Positions 17,879-27,881 are shown, counted from the stretch's first letter. The stretch: 64,000 nt of DNA from an uncultured Desulfobacteraceae bacterium (GCA_964476595.1 CAYZCL010000108.1:214-64213), one strand, 5' to 3'. Made by a program: numbers and translations. Notes: generated from the sequence alone by a model not told the origin.

Positions 17879-18364
17879 TCATTTAGATATTTCAAGCTTC
17901 CTGAAATGCGGCTTCAATTTGTCACGGGTGGCCTGCAGGTGTTCCGGAATGACCCGCACCTCTCCGAAGACGGTCAGCGCGTTGACATCGCCGAACCAGC
18001 GCGGCACCACGTGAAAGTGCAGGTGCTCCTCGATGCCGGCGCCCGCCACGCGACCCAGGTTGAGCCCCACGTTGAACCCGTCGGGGTTCATGACGCGCTT
18101 GAGGATGGTCACGCAGTGCCGCACGGTGGCCAGCAGGTCGCTCATCTCCTCGTCGCGCAGCTCCTCAAGCTGCGACAGGTGCCGGCGCGGGGCCGCCAGC
18201 AGGTGCCCGTTGATGTACGGGAACTTGTTCATGACCACCATGCTCAGAGGCCCGCGGTAGAGGGTGTAGTCGGCGTCATCGGCCAGGGCGTTGCAGAAAA
18301 CGCACCCCGCTTCCTTCTCGCCCAGGATGTACTCGATGCGCCATGGCGCCCACATGGTTTTCAC
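17879..18364 (-). CDS. HIT family protein (Ap4A phosphorylase-like)
   Basis: MWAPWR, CVFC, NKFPYINGHL, HLHFHVVPRW. Confidence 0.9.
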   Translation of the reverse strand: MKTMWAPWRIEYILGEKEAGCVFCNALADDADYTLYRGPLSMVVMNKFPYINGHLLAAPRRHLSQLEELRDEEMSDLLATVRHCVTILKRVMNPDGFNVGLNLGRVAGAGIEEHLHFHVVPRWFGDVNALTVFGEVRVIPEHLQATRDKLKPHFRKLEISK

Positions 18365-18430
18365 GACCGCTGTCTCCGTCGCCGGCAAGTGATATCAATT
18401 CGGTCAGTTTACTTTGTCGGGTGCCAAAAC

Positions 18431-19174
18431 TCAACCTTTTTTTCCCGCCAGCGGCACGACCCGCAGGTCGCCCCACATGCCGACGCGGTCGCCCACGACG
18501 ATCACCAGGCCCGTCAGGCCGGGGATGCGCCGGCCCTGCCGGATGGCCTCCGGGATGTCGGCGGCGGCCCGCACCCGGTTGCCGATGGCGGTTGCGGCGG
18601 CGTCGGCCAGCGCGCCCGAGGGCGACAGCACGCACACCGCGTCGGCGCGGCCCAGGCTCAGGGAGTGGCCCACGGTTCCCGAGGAGGTGCACACGCACAG
18701 GTCCCCGCCGCGGCAGTCGACCTCCAGGCCCAGCCGCATGCTCAGAGGCGAGCGCCCGGCGTACAGCGCCACGGTCAGGGGCCCGTCGGTGCGCACGAAC
18801 ACGTCACCGCCGTTTTCGACGATCACCCGGCGGCTGTGCGCCAGCAGGCCGCGGCCCACCCGGTGGGCGATGGCACCGGCCACGGCCGCCATGGGCCCCA
18901 CGCCGGCGGCGGCCCCGGCGGCGGCCATGTCGCGTACGATGGCCGGCGCCGGTCCGGGGGACTTCCAAGGCGCCAGGCTGGCGGCGAAATCCGGGAAGCG
19001 CCGGATGTAGCCCTCGATGTGGCCGCGGTAGTGCAGCACGAGGTCACGCGTGCGCTCGGCCAAGGGGCGCTCGGCCTGCACGTGCAGGTCGGTCTCCTGG
19101 ACCACCACGCGAAAGGCGGTCAGCTGCGGGTGGTGCACCCGCCGCCGGTAGGTGCGCTGGGTGCGTCTGGCCAT
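18431..19174 (-). CDS. UPF0280 family protein (ApbE superfamily)
   Basis: GVGPMAAVAGAIA, VENGGD, CTSSGTVGHSLSLGRADAV, ADAAATAIGN. Confidence 0.9.
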   Translation of the reverse strand: MARRTQRTYRRRVHHPQLTAFRVVVQETDLHVQAERPLAERTRDLVLHYRGHIEGYIRRFPDFAASLAPWKSPGPAPAIVRDMAAAGAAAGVGPMAAVAGAIAHRVGRGLLAHSRRVIVENGGDVFVRTDGPLTVALYAGRSPLSMRLGLEVDCRGGDLCVCTSSGTVGHSLSLGRADAVCVLSPSGALADAAATAIGNRVRAAADIPEAIRQGRRIPGLTGLVIVVGDRVGMWGDLRVVPLAGKKG

Positions 19175-19178
19175 GGCG

Positions 19179-20348
19179 TCACCGGCGCCGCAGCAGCGCC
19201 TCTCCCTCGGGACCGCACTGGCGCAGGAAGTAGCGGTCGGTCATGCCGGCGATGAAATCGCGCACGATCTCGGCCGGCGCGCGCCGACGGGTGTAGCCGG
19301 GCGACATGTTCCGGAGGAAACGCGTGAAGATGACCGAGTCGCGCCGGTCCCTGTCGATGTCTTCCAGGTAGGTCTCGAACAGCCTGCGGAAAAGCGCGCC
19401 GATAGCAGCGTGGTGGCGCTTGATCACGGGGCTCAGGTAGATGCGCTCGTAGTTGAACTGTTTCAGGGCCTGCAGGGCCGCCGAGACTTCCTGGCTGAAC
19501 CCCACGTCCCCGCGGCCGTAACTGTTCTCGATGATGTCGGTCACCAGGCGGTAGACGATGGTGCCGTTGCTGCGGCCCAGCACCCGGGCGCAGGCCGGCG
19601 GGATGTCCTCGCGCGGCACCAGCCCCAGGCGGATGGCGTCCTCCAGGTCGCGGCCGATGTAGCTGACGGTGTCGGCCAGGCGCATGACGCAGCCCTCCAG
19701 GGTCATGGGCGTGAAGTCGAGCCGCGGGCGGGCGGCGGCCTCGGCCACCTGGCGGTCCAGGTCTTCGAAAGTCTTGCCGCGCCGGGGCTTCAGCCGGCGG
19801 TCGTGCACCTCACCGTCGTGGCACAGGATGCCGTCCAGGGTCTGCAGGCACAGGTTCAGGCCGCGTCCCTTCTTCTCCACCCGTTCGAGGAACTCGACGC
19901 TCTGCACGTTGTGGTGGAACCAGCCGATGCCGTGCTCGCGGCACAGCTCCGAGAGCAGCGTCTCGCCGTCGTGGCCGAAGGGCACGTGGCCGATGTCGTG
20001 GCCCAGGGCCACGGCCTCGATGAGGTCCTCGTTGAGGCCCAGGAAACGGCCGATGGTGCGGCCGATCTTGGAGACCAGCTGCACGTGCAGCACGCGGTGG
20101 GTGATGTGGTCGTTGTCGATCAGGTAGAACACCTGGGTCTTGTCCACGTAGCGCGTGTAGGCCAGCGAGTGCAGGATGCGGTCCACGTCCACCGAGAAGC
20201 TCTGCCGGTAGCCGCTGTCCAGGTGCGCCTCGGGGCGCCGCCGCACGCCCGCCGCGCTGGGGGTGGCCCCGGCCGCGAAGCGCGCCTTCTCGGCGCGGTT
20301 CAGTTCCCGGTGGATGTCCGCCAGGCTGGGTCGTTCAGATTTTGCCAT
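19179..20348 (-). CDS. HD-domain dGTP triphosphohydrolase-like protein
   Basis: DVDRILHS, KTQVF, LGHDIGHVPFGHDGE, ADTVSYIGRDLEDA, DFIAGMTD. Confidence 0.88.
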   Translation of the reverse strand: MAKSERPSLADIHRELNRAEKARFAAGATPSAAGVRRRPEAHLDSGYRQSFSVDVDRILHSLAYTRYVDKTQVFYLIDNDHITHRVLHVQLVSKIGRTIGRFLGLNEDLIEAVALGHDIGHVPFGHDGETLLSELCREHGIGWFHHNVQSVEFLERVEKKGRGLNLCLQTLDGILCHDGEVHDRRLKPRRGKTFEDLDRQVAEAAARPRLDFTPMTLEGCVMRLADTVSYIGRDLEDAIRLGLVPREDIPPACARVLGRSNGTIVYRLVTDIIENSYGRGDVGFSQEVSAALQALKQFNYERIYLSPVIKRHHAAIGALFRRLFETYLEDIDRDRRDSVIFTRFLRNMSPGYTRRRAPAEIVRDFIAGMTDRYFLRQCGPEGEALLRRR

Positions 20349-21120
20349 CTTCGATCAGTGACTCCATCAGCCGGTCGTAGTCGATGCCGAAATGCCGGAA
20401 GCCCCGCTTGCCGTATTTCATGTTGCCCTCCAGCACCCAGTAGCGCCCCCGGCTGCAGCAGATGTCCACACCCACGTCGTCCCAGCGGCAGCGCAGGGCC
20501 GTCTCGCGGGCCAGCGCCAGGGCCTCCTGCGGCACGGGCTCGGTGCCGATGCGGCCGCCGGCCGACAGGTTGGTCAGGAAACCGCCCGCGGGCGCCAGGC
20601 GCCAGTAGGCGTGCACCACGCGCCCGCCGATGACCACCACGCGCATATCGCGGTCCACGGGCAGGTACTCCTGGATGTAGGCCGCGTGGCGCCCCCGGCA
20701 GTAGTCCGCCAGTTCCCGGGGGCCGCGGATCAGGTAGACGCCCCTGCCCATCGCCGACCCCCGCGCGGCCTTGGCCACGAAGGGGTAGTCGAAGTGCTCC
20801 GGGATGCGCTGCTGCTGCCGCCGTCCGTAGAAGACCCGCGTGCGCGGATGCGCGACGCCGGTCATCTGGAACAGCGCCGTCTGGCGGATCTTGTCCTGCA
20901 CGCAGCGGTAGGTGTGATGCCCCGGAAAGGTGCGCCGCCCGGCGGCCGCCAGCAGCCCGGCGTAGAAGCTGCTGGGATAGTAGACGCAGGGCGACGACAG
21001 GATCAGCCGCCGCTCCTCGGGGCTGTAGTCCATGAAATTGGGGCGCACCCCCAGCGTGCGCACGTTGCGGCAGTGCCGCAGGCGTCCCTCCAGGGCGATG
21101 ACCCGGCGTGCGGGTTTCAT
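20335..21120 (-). CDS. RimK-like ATP-grasp ligase
   Basis: DKIRQ, YPFVAK, GRGVYLI, YIQEYLP, DMRVVVIG, FLTNLSAGG, GVDI..VLEGN. Confidence 0.85.
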   Translation of the reverse strand: MKPARRVIALEGRLRHCRNVRTLGVRPNFMDYSPEERRLILSSPCVYYPSSFYAGLLAAAGRRTFPGHHTYRCVQDKIRQTALFQMTGVAHPRTRVFYGRRQQQRIPEHFDYPFVAKAARGSAMGRGVYLIRGPRELADYCRGRHAAYIQEYLPVDRDMRVVVIGGRVVHAYWRLAPAGGFLTNLSAGGRIGTEPVPQEALALARETALRCRWDDVGVDICCSRGRYWVLEGNMKYGKRGFRHFGIDYDRLMESLIEDGKI

Positions 21121-21623
21121 GGCGCGAAAAAGGCCTCCACGATTTCCTGCGCGCGCCGCAGGTGGCTTCCCGCCCAGTAGATGCGGCCGCAGTCCGGGCA
21201 GGTGGAAAACGAGGCCTGCGTCTGCCAGACATAGTCGGGGACCCGCCCCGCCGCGGCCTCGCGTGACATGGGTTCCACGGCGGTGTTGCATCGCAGGCAA
21301 CGCGAGAACAGCCGCACCCGGGCGCGCGGGATGCCCAACTGCCGGATCACCTGGCGCACCTGCTCCCGCGGCGCGTCGGGTTCGATCAGCAGCGCACGTC
21401 CGGCGGGCAGTCGAGCGGCCAGGCGCCGCGTGCGCGTCAGCAGCAGCCGGTCGCGGCCGGCCAGGCGCAGGAGTCCCTCCGGGTCCGGGCGCGCCAGGTA
21501 CAGGGTGTCGAAGCCCAGCGTGCGCAGCCAGCGGGCCAGTTTGCCGAGCGTGTTCTCGGCGGCGAAGCGAAGTTCGGCGTCACCGGCCGTTGCAAGTGGT
21601 TTCAAGAAAACCCCCGGGGTCAT
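21117..21623 (-). CDS. Mut7-C RNase (PIN-like) domain protein with Zn ribbon
   Basis: LGKLARWLRTLGFDT, RCLRCN, CPDCGRIYWAGSH. Confidence 0.85.
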   Translation of the reverse strand: MTPGVFLKPLATAGDAELRFAAENTLGKLARWLRTLGFDTLYLARPDPEGLLRLAGRDRLLLTRTRRLAARLPAGRALLIEPDAPREQVRQVIRQLGIPRARVRLFSRCLRCNTAVEPMSREAAAGRVPDYVWQTQASFSTCPDCGRIYWAGSHLRRAQEIVEAFFAP

Positions 21624-21672
21624 CCGTTCGGCACAGGGCCGCGTTCGGCCCCTTCCGCGACCCGCACGGTGT

Positions 21673-22452
21673 TCAGGCGCCGCCGGACGGCGCCAGTCTG
21701 AAGACACCCTCCGGCAGGGCCGGGTTGGCCCAGCAGCGGCTGACGACCAGGCGCAGGCGGCGCCCGTCTTCCGTGCTCAGCCGCAGTTCCTGCGGCAGCT
21801 CGTAGCCGTCCACCCGGCGTCGGGCCGTCAGCGTGACACGGTAGCGCAGTCCGCCCGCGGCGCCGAAATAGGCCGCCTCGCGTACTCGGCCCCGGGCGTC
21901 GAAGGTGATCTTCTGCCGGCTGCCCCAGAAACCGTCCAGCGACAGCACCAGGCCGCCGGACCCGCCGGCGTCCGGCACCACCCGGGTACGGGTGTGGTCG
22001 CGCAGGGGGATGCGGCCCATGAGAAGGCTCACCAGGTCGGACACGTGGATGGGAAAGCCGACCACCTTCTGCAGGTCGGGGTCGTCGGCGCGGCGGCTGT
22101 AGAACCGGCCGTCGGCCGCGGAGTGCAGGGTGATGCGCCGGCCGTCGGCGGCCAGGGTGAGCCGCCCCTGGCCCAGCAGGCCGAAAACGTGCAGGCGGAT
22201 GCGGTCGGGGGCCGCCGCGATCCAGGCCACCCGGGCGCTGCGCGACCCTTCCGGCAGCCTCAGGCTGAAAGACCCGACGCCTTTGACGGCCCACAGGCCG
22301 CGGTTGGTCTCTTCCAGGCGCGCCAGCAGCCGCCGACCCTCGTCGCCCCCGCCGGGGGTCCGCACGAACGGTCGGGCGCAGGCGGTCAGGCACAGGGCCA
22401 GCACCGCCGTCAGCAGGCACCGCAGAAGCCTGTCACGACTTCGGCTTGCCAC
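21673..22452 (-). CDS. LolB/DUF4292-like lipoprotein
   Basis: Lipobox LTAC; beta-rich LolA/LolB-like pattern; follows TPR lipoprotein. Confidence 0.6.
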   Translation of the reverse strand: MASRSRDRLLRCLLTAVLALCLTACARPFVRTPGGGDEGRRLLARLEETNRGLWAVKGVGSFSLRLPEGSRSARVAWIAAAPDRIRLHVFGLLGQGRLTLAADGRRITLHSAADGRFYSRRADDPDLQKVVGFPIHVSDLVSLLMGRIPLRDHTRTRVVPDAGGSGGLVLSLDGFWGSRQKITFDARGRVREAAYFGAAGGLRYRVTLTARRRVDGYELPQELRLSTEDGRRLRLVVSRCWANPALPEGVFRLAPSGGA

Positions 22453-24196
22453 TCAGCTCCTTGATCTTCTTTCGAATCTCTTCTTTCTCGGTCTTCTTGT
22501 GCTTCAGCGACCGCCGGTAATACTCCAGGGCCTTGTTCCGCTTGCCGACCTTGCGGTAGGCGTCCCCTAGGTGCTCCAGGATGGTGGGGTCGTCGCTGAC
22601 CAGCTCGGCGGCCCGGCGCAGGTGGCGGACGGCCTCGTCGTAGCGCCCCATCTTGTAGTACACCCAGCCCAGGCTGTCGGTGATGTAGCCGTCGTCGGGC
22701 TTGTACTTGAGCGCCTGCCGGATGAGTTTCTCGGCCTCCTCCAGGTGGGTCCCCAGATCGGCGTAGGTGTAGCCCAGGTAATTCAGGGCGCTGGCGTTGC
22801 GGGGATTGAGGCGCACGGCGGTCTTCATGGCCTCGATGGACATCTGCTTGCGCCCGGCCTTGTCGTAGACCACGCCCAGCCGAAAATAGAGCCGGTCGTT
22901 CTTGGGGTCTTTGGCGATGCCCTTCTTGAGCACCTCCTCGGCCTTGTCGTAAGCCTTCATGTCCTCATACAGGGTTCCCAGGTAGAGATAGAACTCCGGG
23001 TTGTCGGGGTGTCCGGCGATCACCGACTCGAGGTATTTCTCGGCCTCCCGGGGCCGCTTCTGCTTCTGGTACAGGTAGGCCGTGTGCTGCACGGCACTCT
23101 GGTAGAAGCGCGACGTGTCGGTCACCTTGCGGAAGTGCGCCACGGCCTTTGAAAAGCCCCCCGTCTGTTCGTAAAGGAAACCGGCCACGTAGTGCAGTTC
23201 GGGGCTGTCGGCCCCGCTCGCCAGCATGCCGTTGACGATCACCAGGCCGTCTTTGTAGTTCCCGCCGTCCAGGTAGTTCTGCACCAGCACCGAAACCACC
23301 TTGGGATCTTCCAGGCTGCGCTTGCCCAGATCCCTGAAGAGCGCCGCGGCCTTCTTGCGCTGCCCGATGTGCTGATAGTACAGCCCCAACCCCATGGCGG
23401 CGCGCACGTTCTCGGGGTTGCGCCGCAGGATCTCCTCGTACATGGCGATGATCTTCTTTGATGCGCCGGTGCGCCGGTAGATCTTGAGCAACTCGAAGCG
23501 CGGTTCCTCCAGGTCGGGCTCGATCTCCAGGCTCTTCTTGAAAGCCGCGGCCGCCTTACGCCGATCGCCCTTTTCGACGTAGATCTTGCCGATGAAAAAA
23601 TACCCTACGTAAGAGCCGGGAAACTGCCGCACCAGCCGCTGGTAGACCCCCAGCGCTTTGTCGGGCTGCTTGGCCTCGCGGTACAGGCTGCCCAGGTGCA
23701 GGTAGATGTCCTGGCGCTTGGGATCCAGGGAGATCACCTTCTCGTAGGTCTTGAGCGCCTCCTGCAGGTTGCCCGAGTCTTCCTGGATGCGGGCGTAGGT
23801 GATCAGCGCATTGATGTTTTCAGGGTTTTCGGCCAGGATTTCGCGGGTCAGGGCCAGGGCCCGATCCTTCTTCTGGCGGCTCATCATCAGGCGGGCCAGT
23901 TCCTCCTTGAGCAGCTGGGATTTGGGGTCCAGCGCCAGCGCCTTTTCCAGGTACTCGGAGGCCTTGACCATGTCACCCAACTTCTTGTAGTGCCGGGCCT
24001 CGGTGTAATAGAAAAACTTGTTCTCCTTGGGCGCGAACACCGGGATGGGCGGAGCCTTGGGGGCCGACGGCGCCTTCCTGGCTTCGGCTGCCTTCTTGGA
24101 AGCCCCGGACACGGCGCCCGGCTTACGGGCGGCGCACCCGGTCGTGCCCGCCACCGCCAGGGCGCAGGCCAGGATCATCAGGGATACGGTTCTCAT
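22433..24196 (-). CDS. Large TPR-repeat lipoprotein
   Basis: Lipobox TTGC; many TPRs (ALNYLGYTYAD, YITDSLGWVYYK, EHLGDAY). Confidence 0.9.
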   Translation of the reverse strand: MRTVSLMILACALAVAGTTGCAARKPGAVSGASKKAAEARKAPSAPKAPPIPVFAPKENKFFYYTEARHYKKLGDMVKASEYLEKALALDPKSQLLKEELARLMMSRQKKDRALALTREILAENPENINALITYARIQEDSGNLQEALKTYEKVISLDPKRQDIYLHLGSLYREAKQPDKALGVYQRLVRQFPGSYVGYFFIGKIYVEKGDRRKAAAAFKKSLEIEPDLEEPRFELLKIYRRTGASKKIIAMYEEILRRNPENVRAAMGLGLYYQHIGQRKKAAALFRDLGKRSLEDPKVVSVLVQNYLDGGNYKDGLVIVNGMLASGADSPELHYVAGFLYEQTGGFSKAVAHFRKVTDTSRFYQSAVQHTAYLYQKQKRPREAEKYLESVIAGHPDNPEFYLYLGTLYEDMKAYDKAEEVLKKGIAKDPKNDRLYFRLGVVYDKAGRKQMSIEAMKTAVRLNPRNASALNYLGYTYADLGTHLEEAEKLIRQALKYKPDDGYITDSLGWVYYKMGRYDEAVRHLRRAAELVSDDPTILEHLGDAYRKVGKRNKALEYYRRSLKHKKTEKEEIRKKIKELSGKPKS

Positions 24197-24479
24197 GTAC
24201 GAAAATCTTCCTGTTTCGACCGCCGAACTACGGCGGCCGGCTGTGATCGTTCAGAGGCTGTCATCGGGAAAAAGTTTCGGCCGGGCGTTGTGCCGCCGTA
24301 AGTGCTTTATCGGTTCAACCTCGTCGGAATACAATAAAATTTGTCGCGGCGTTCACGGGCACCGCGGCCCGCGCGGGTTTTCAGGCGCAGACCGCCGCCG
24401 TCCCCGGGGGGATTGCGGCCAGCGGCCCCCGAGGATCCGGAGACGCCCCGCCGGGCGTCCCGCACCGGCCTGCGCGGGG

Positions 24480-25463
24480 CTAATCGGACTGCCCCTCCTC
24501 GGTGTAGGCCGCGAAATCGGGGATCTCACGCTTGAGGTACTCTTTCATCTTCTTGAGGATGTTCTTCTCGATCTGGCGCACCCGTTCGCGGGAGATGCCG
24601 TAGCGGTCCCCGATCTCCTGGAGCGTGGCGGGGTTCTCGGAGAAGATGCGCATGTCGAAGATCTCCAGTTCCCGGGGGGTCATCTTCTTGCGGAACTCCG
24701 CGATCTTGGAGTGCAGCAGGGCCTCCATCTCCTTTTTGGCCATCTTGTCCTCGGCCGACTCGGCCTCGGTGCTCAGGAAATCGATGCGCTCGGTGTCCGA
24801 ATCTTCCTTGAGCGGCGCGTCCAGCGAGACGTCCCAGCCGTCCAGACGCAGGTCCATGTCGATGATCTCGCGCTCGGACACGCCCAGGCGCTCGGACAGC
24901 AGCTTGGGCTTGGGGTCGAACCCCTGGTCGATGAGCAGCTGCTTCTCCTTTTTCAGCTTGAAAAACAGCTTGCGCTGCCCCTGGGTGGTGCCGATCTTGA
25001 CCAGTCGCCAGTTGTCCATGATGAACTTCAGGATGTAGGCTTTGATCCAGAAGGAGGCATAATAGGAGAACTTGACGTTCTTGTACGGGTCGAACTTCTT
25101 GACGGCCTGCATCAGGCCGATGTTGCCCTCCTGAATGAGGTCCAGCAGGTTCTGCATCCACACGCGCTGGAACTCCAGGGCGATCTTGACCACCAGGCGC
25201 AGGTTGGAGGTCACCAGCTCGTAGGCCGCCTCGGGGTCGCCGTCCTCCTGCACGCGCATAGCCAGTTCGCGTTCGCGCTCGCGGGTCAGCAGCGGGTACC
25301 TGCTGATCTCGGTCAGGTAGCGCTGAAGCGGGTCGTATTTGACCAGCGCGTGCTCCTGAGCGCCAGCGGCCGCTTTCTTTTCGGCACGGGTTGCAGCCGG
25401 CTTGGACGCACGTCCGGCCTTGGTGGTCTTTTTCGCCTTTACGTTTTTTTTCTTGCTGCTCAT
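24480..25463 (-). CDS. rpoH: RNA polymerase sigma-32 family factor
   Basis: [20 protein letters not shown], RpoH box TTQGQRKLFFKL, SRERVRQIE; Lys/Ala-rich N-terminus. Confidence 0.88.
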   Translation of the reverse strand: MSSKKKNVKAKKTTKAGRASKPAATRAEKKAAAGAQEHALVKYDPLQRYLTEISRYPLLTRERERELAMRVQEDGDPEAAYELVTSNLRLVVKIALEFQRVWMQNLLDLIQEGNIGLMQAVKKFDPYKNVKFSYYASFWIKAYILKFIMDNWRLVKIGTTQGQRKLFFKLKKEKQLLIDQGFDPKPKLLSERLGVSEREIIDMDLRLDGWDVSLDAPLKEDSDTERIDFLSTEAESAEDKMAKKEMEALLHSKIAEFRKKMTPRELEIFDMRIFSENPATLQEIGDRYGISRERVRQIEKNILKKMKEYLKREIPDFAAYTEEGQSD

Positions 25464-25637
25464 CGCGGTTCTTTTCCGGGGTGTTGGCAATCCGTATGCG
25501 CTGCGGCTGTAAAACCGGCATCGACGGCCGCGGCGTTCATTCCTATCTCCACTTTCATCCGGCCGGCACGGCGGTCGGACGGGGCTCTCCGGCGCGGTCA
25601 CGCGGGCGCTCAGCCCGCTCGGGGCGCCATTTAGAGG

Positions 25638-25666
25638 TGGACTTTCGCACGCTCCTGTGCTAACTG
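25638..25666 (+). promoter_or_regulatory. sigma-70-type promoter of tRNA-Arg
   Basis: TGGACT-N17-TAACTG with TGn extension. Confidence 0.5.
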
Positions 25667-25682
25667 ATGGAATCTTGCATGT

Positions 25683-25759
<77 letters not shown>

Positions 25760-25827
25760 GACGGATCCGAAAAGCCGGACGGTGTGTCTGCAGTCCTCCT
25801 CTTTTCCGAGCAGTCAAACTTTTTTCC

Positions 25828-25856
25828 TGTATAGCCCATAAAGGATACACCGTCAA
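25828..25856 (-). promoter_or_regulatory. sigma-70-type promoter pointing antisense through tRNA-Arg toward rpoH
   Basis: TTGACG-N17-TATACA on minus strand. Confidence 0.5.
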
Positions 25857-25935
25857 TGCTTAGAAACGACCCACCGGCGGCGCCGGGCGGCCGGCGCCGC
25901 GCTTTCGGCCCCATCCGGGAGGTGCGCAACAGCCC

Positions 25936-26457
25936 ATGGAACTGACAGACGTACTGCCCATCGAAGAGTGGATCGAACTCGAAGACGACATCCGGCGGCG
26001 ATCGGGCCTGATGGCGTCTATCTACGACGTCGACGGCATCCGCATCACCGGCCGCCGGCACTGGCCCAACCGGCTGTGCCCGGCCATCAAGGGCACCGAC
26101 AAGGGGCAGGCCTTCATCTGCGCCGTGGCCCACATGAACCTGGCCATCATCGCCCGCAAGACCCGCGCGCCGGTCATCGAGGAATGCGACGCCGGCCTGC
26201 TCAAGCTGGTGGTGCCGATCTTCGTCGGCGACGAATTCCTGGGGGCCTTCGGCGGCTGCGGGATGGTGCTCGAAGACGGTGAAGTCGACAGCTTCATGAT
26301 CAACAGGACCACCGGCATCCCGGAAGAGGAGATCGAAGCGCTGGCCGCGGACATCCCCGCCATCGGCCGCGAAAAGGTCGAAGCGCTGGCCGGGTACATC
26401 CAGAAACGCCTGGCCGCCGTGACGGACGGCGCCGGCCCCGCCGCACCGGCCGGCTGA
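25936..26457 (+). CDS. Stand-alone PocR-type sensory domain protein
   Basis: LCPAIK, FICAVAH, ECDAGL, VVPIFVGDEFLG..GCG: PocR-like Cys pattern; no output domain. Confidence 0.8.
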   Translation: MELTDVLPIEEWIELEDDIRRRSGLMASIYDVDGIRITGRRHWPNRLCPAIKGTDKGQAFICAVAHMNLAIIARKTRAPVIEECDAGLLKLVVPIFVGDEFLGAFGGCGMVLEDGEVDSFMINRTTGIPEEEIEALAADIPAIGREKVEALAGYIQKRLAAVTDGAGPAAPAG

Positions 26458-26603
26458 TCCCCCCCCGGGGGCGGCGATCGGGTGACAAAAACCGTCAACG
26501 GATTGTCAATTCTCGTCGATCTGCGCCGCACCGGCCGCCGCCCGGCGCCCCCGGCGGCCGCGGCGGCCGGGCGGACGGCCCGCATCCTTCCATTTCCCAC
26601 CCA

Positions 26604-26620
26604 TTGGCTCATTTCTTGCA
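26604..26620 (+). promoter_or_regulatory. sigma-54 promoter of SPFH/zinc-ribbon pair
   Basis: TTGGCTCATTTCTTGCA = GG-N10-GC; TGACAA-N14-TTGTCA at 26483-26508 as candidate enhancer. Confidence 0.7.
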
Positions 26621-26723
26621 GGTTTCTCCGTTTCTGGAGGTTCAGCCGGGCTGAGGCCGGCGCCGGACCGGAACCGCCGGCCGCTTCAGCCGCCGACACA
26701 CCCGCACGAAAGGAGATCGTTCC

Positions 26724-27881
26724 ATGGGTACGGACAACGTGGTTTTCCTGGAGGTCCTGGAGTGGTTCGACGACACGGGCAAGGAGCTGGTGCACCGCAT
26801 CCCCGAGAAGGGCTCCGGTGAGATCAAGTGGGGCGCCCAACTCACGGTGCGTGAGAATCAGGCCGCCGTCTTTTTCTACCAGGGGCGCGCCCTGGACGCC
26901 TTCGCCGCCGGCCGCCACACCCTCAAGACCGCCAATATCCCCATTCTCACCAAGATCCTGAGCGCCCCCTGGGGCATGACCAGCCCACTGCGCGCCGAGG
27001 TCTACTTCGTCAATCTGAAGGTTTTCACCAACCTGAAGTGGGGCACCCGCGACCCGGTGGCCTTCAAGGACTCGGAACTGGGCCTCATCCGTCTGCGGGC
27101 TTTCGGTGTGCTCAACCTGCAGGTGGTCCAGCCGGTGTTGTTCATCAACAGCCTGGTGGGCACCCAGGGTAAATACACCACCGAGGAGATCGAGGAGTAC
27201 CTCAACCGCGTGGTGGTTTCGCGCTTCAACGACTACATGGGCGAAACCATCGACTCGGTGCTCAACCTGCCGGCCAAGTACGACGAGCTCTCGGAGGGGC
27301 TGGCCGCGCGGCTCAAGGACGATTTCAGCCGCTTCGGGCTGGGGCTGGACCACCTGTACATCAACGCCATCACGCCGCCGCCCGAGGTCCAGAAAGCCAT
27401 CGACGACCGCAGCCGCATGGGGGTCTTCCAGGACATGAACAAACTCATGCAGATGAAGGCCGCCATGGCCATGGAAAAGGCCGCCGAGGGCGAGAGCGGC
27501 GCCGGGGCCGGCATGGGTATGGGCACCGGGCTGGGTCTGATGATGCCGGCCATGTTCGCTCAGTTTTTCGGCGGCGCCGGCGCCGCCGCCGGGAGCGGGG
27601 GCGCACCGCCCGAGGCGCCCGCCGGGGACCTCGCCTGCCAGGAGTGTGGCCAGGCGATCACGCCGGACGCCAGATTCTGTCCCTACTGCGGACACCAGCA
27701 GCTGGTCTTCCGGCGCTGCGCCGAGTGCGGCAAGAATTTGCCCCCCACGGCTAAGTTCTGCCCGCGCTGCGGGCATCCCGCCGACCAGGACAAGGCGCCC
27801 TGGACGTGCGCCAAATGCGGCAGCGAGAACCTGCCCGAGGCCCTGTTCTGCAACCAGTGCGGAGAGAAGCACGAGAGCTGA
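26724..27881 (+). CDS. SPFH/Band-7 (YdjI-like) protein with C-terminal zinc ribbons
   Basis: IKWGAQLTVRENQAAVF, AEVYFVN, KWGTRDP, RLRAFG; Gly/Met-rich linker; six CxxC motifs. Confidence 0.88.
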   Translation: MGTDNVVFLEVLEWFDDTGKELVHRIPEKGSGEIKWGAQLTVRENQAAVFFYQGRALDAFAAGRHTLKTANIPILTKILSAPWGMTSPLRAEVYFVNLKVFTNLKWGTRDPVAFKDSELGLIRLRAFGVLNLQVVQPVLFINSLVGTQGKYTTEEIEEYLNRVVVSRFNDYMGETIDSVLNLPAKYDELSEGLAARLKDDFSRFGLGLDHLYINAITPPPEVQKAIDDRSRMGVFQDMNKLMQMKAAMAMEKAAEGESGAGAGMGMGTGLGLMMPAMFAQFFGGAGAAAGSGGAPPEAPAGDLACQECGQAITPDARFCPYCGHQQLVFRRCAECGKNLPPTAKFCPRCGHPADQDKAPWTCAKCGSENLPEALFCNQCGEKHES

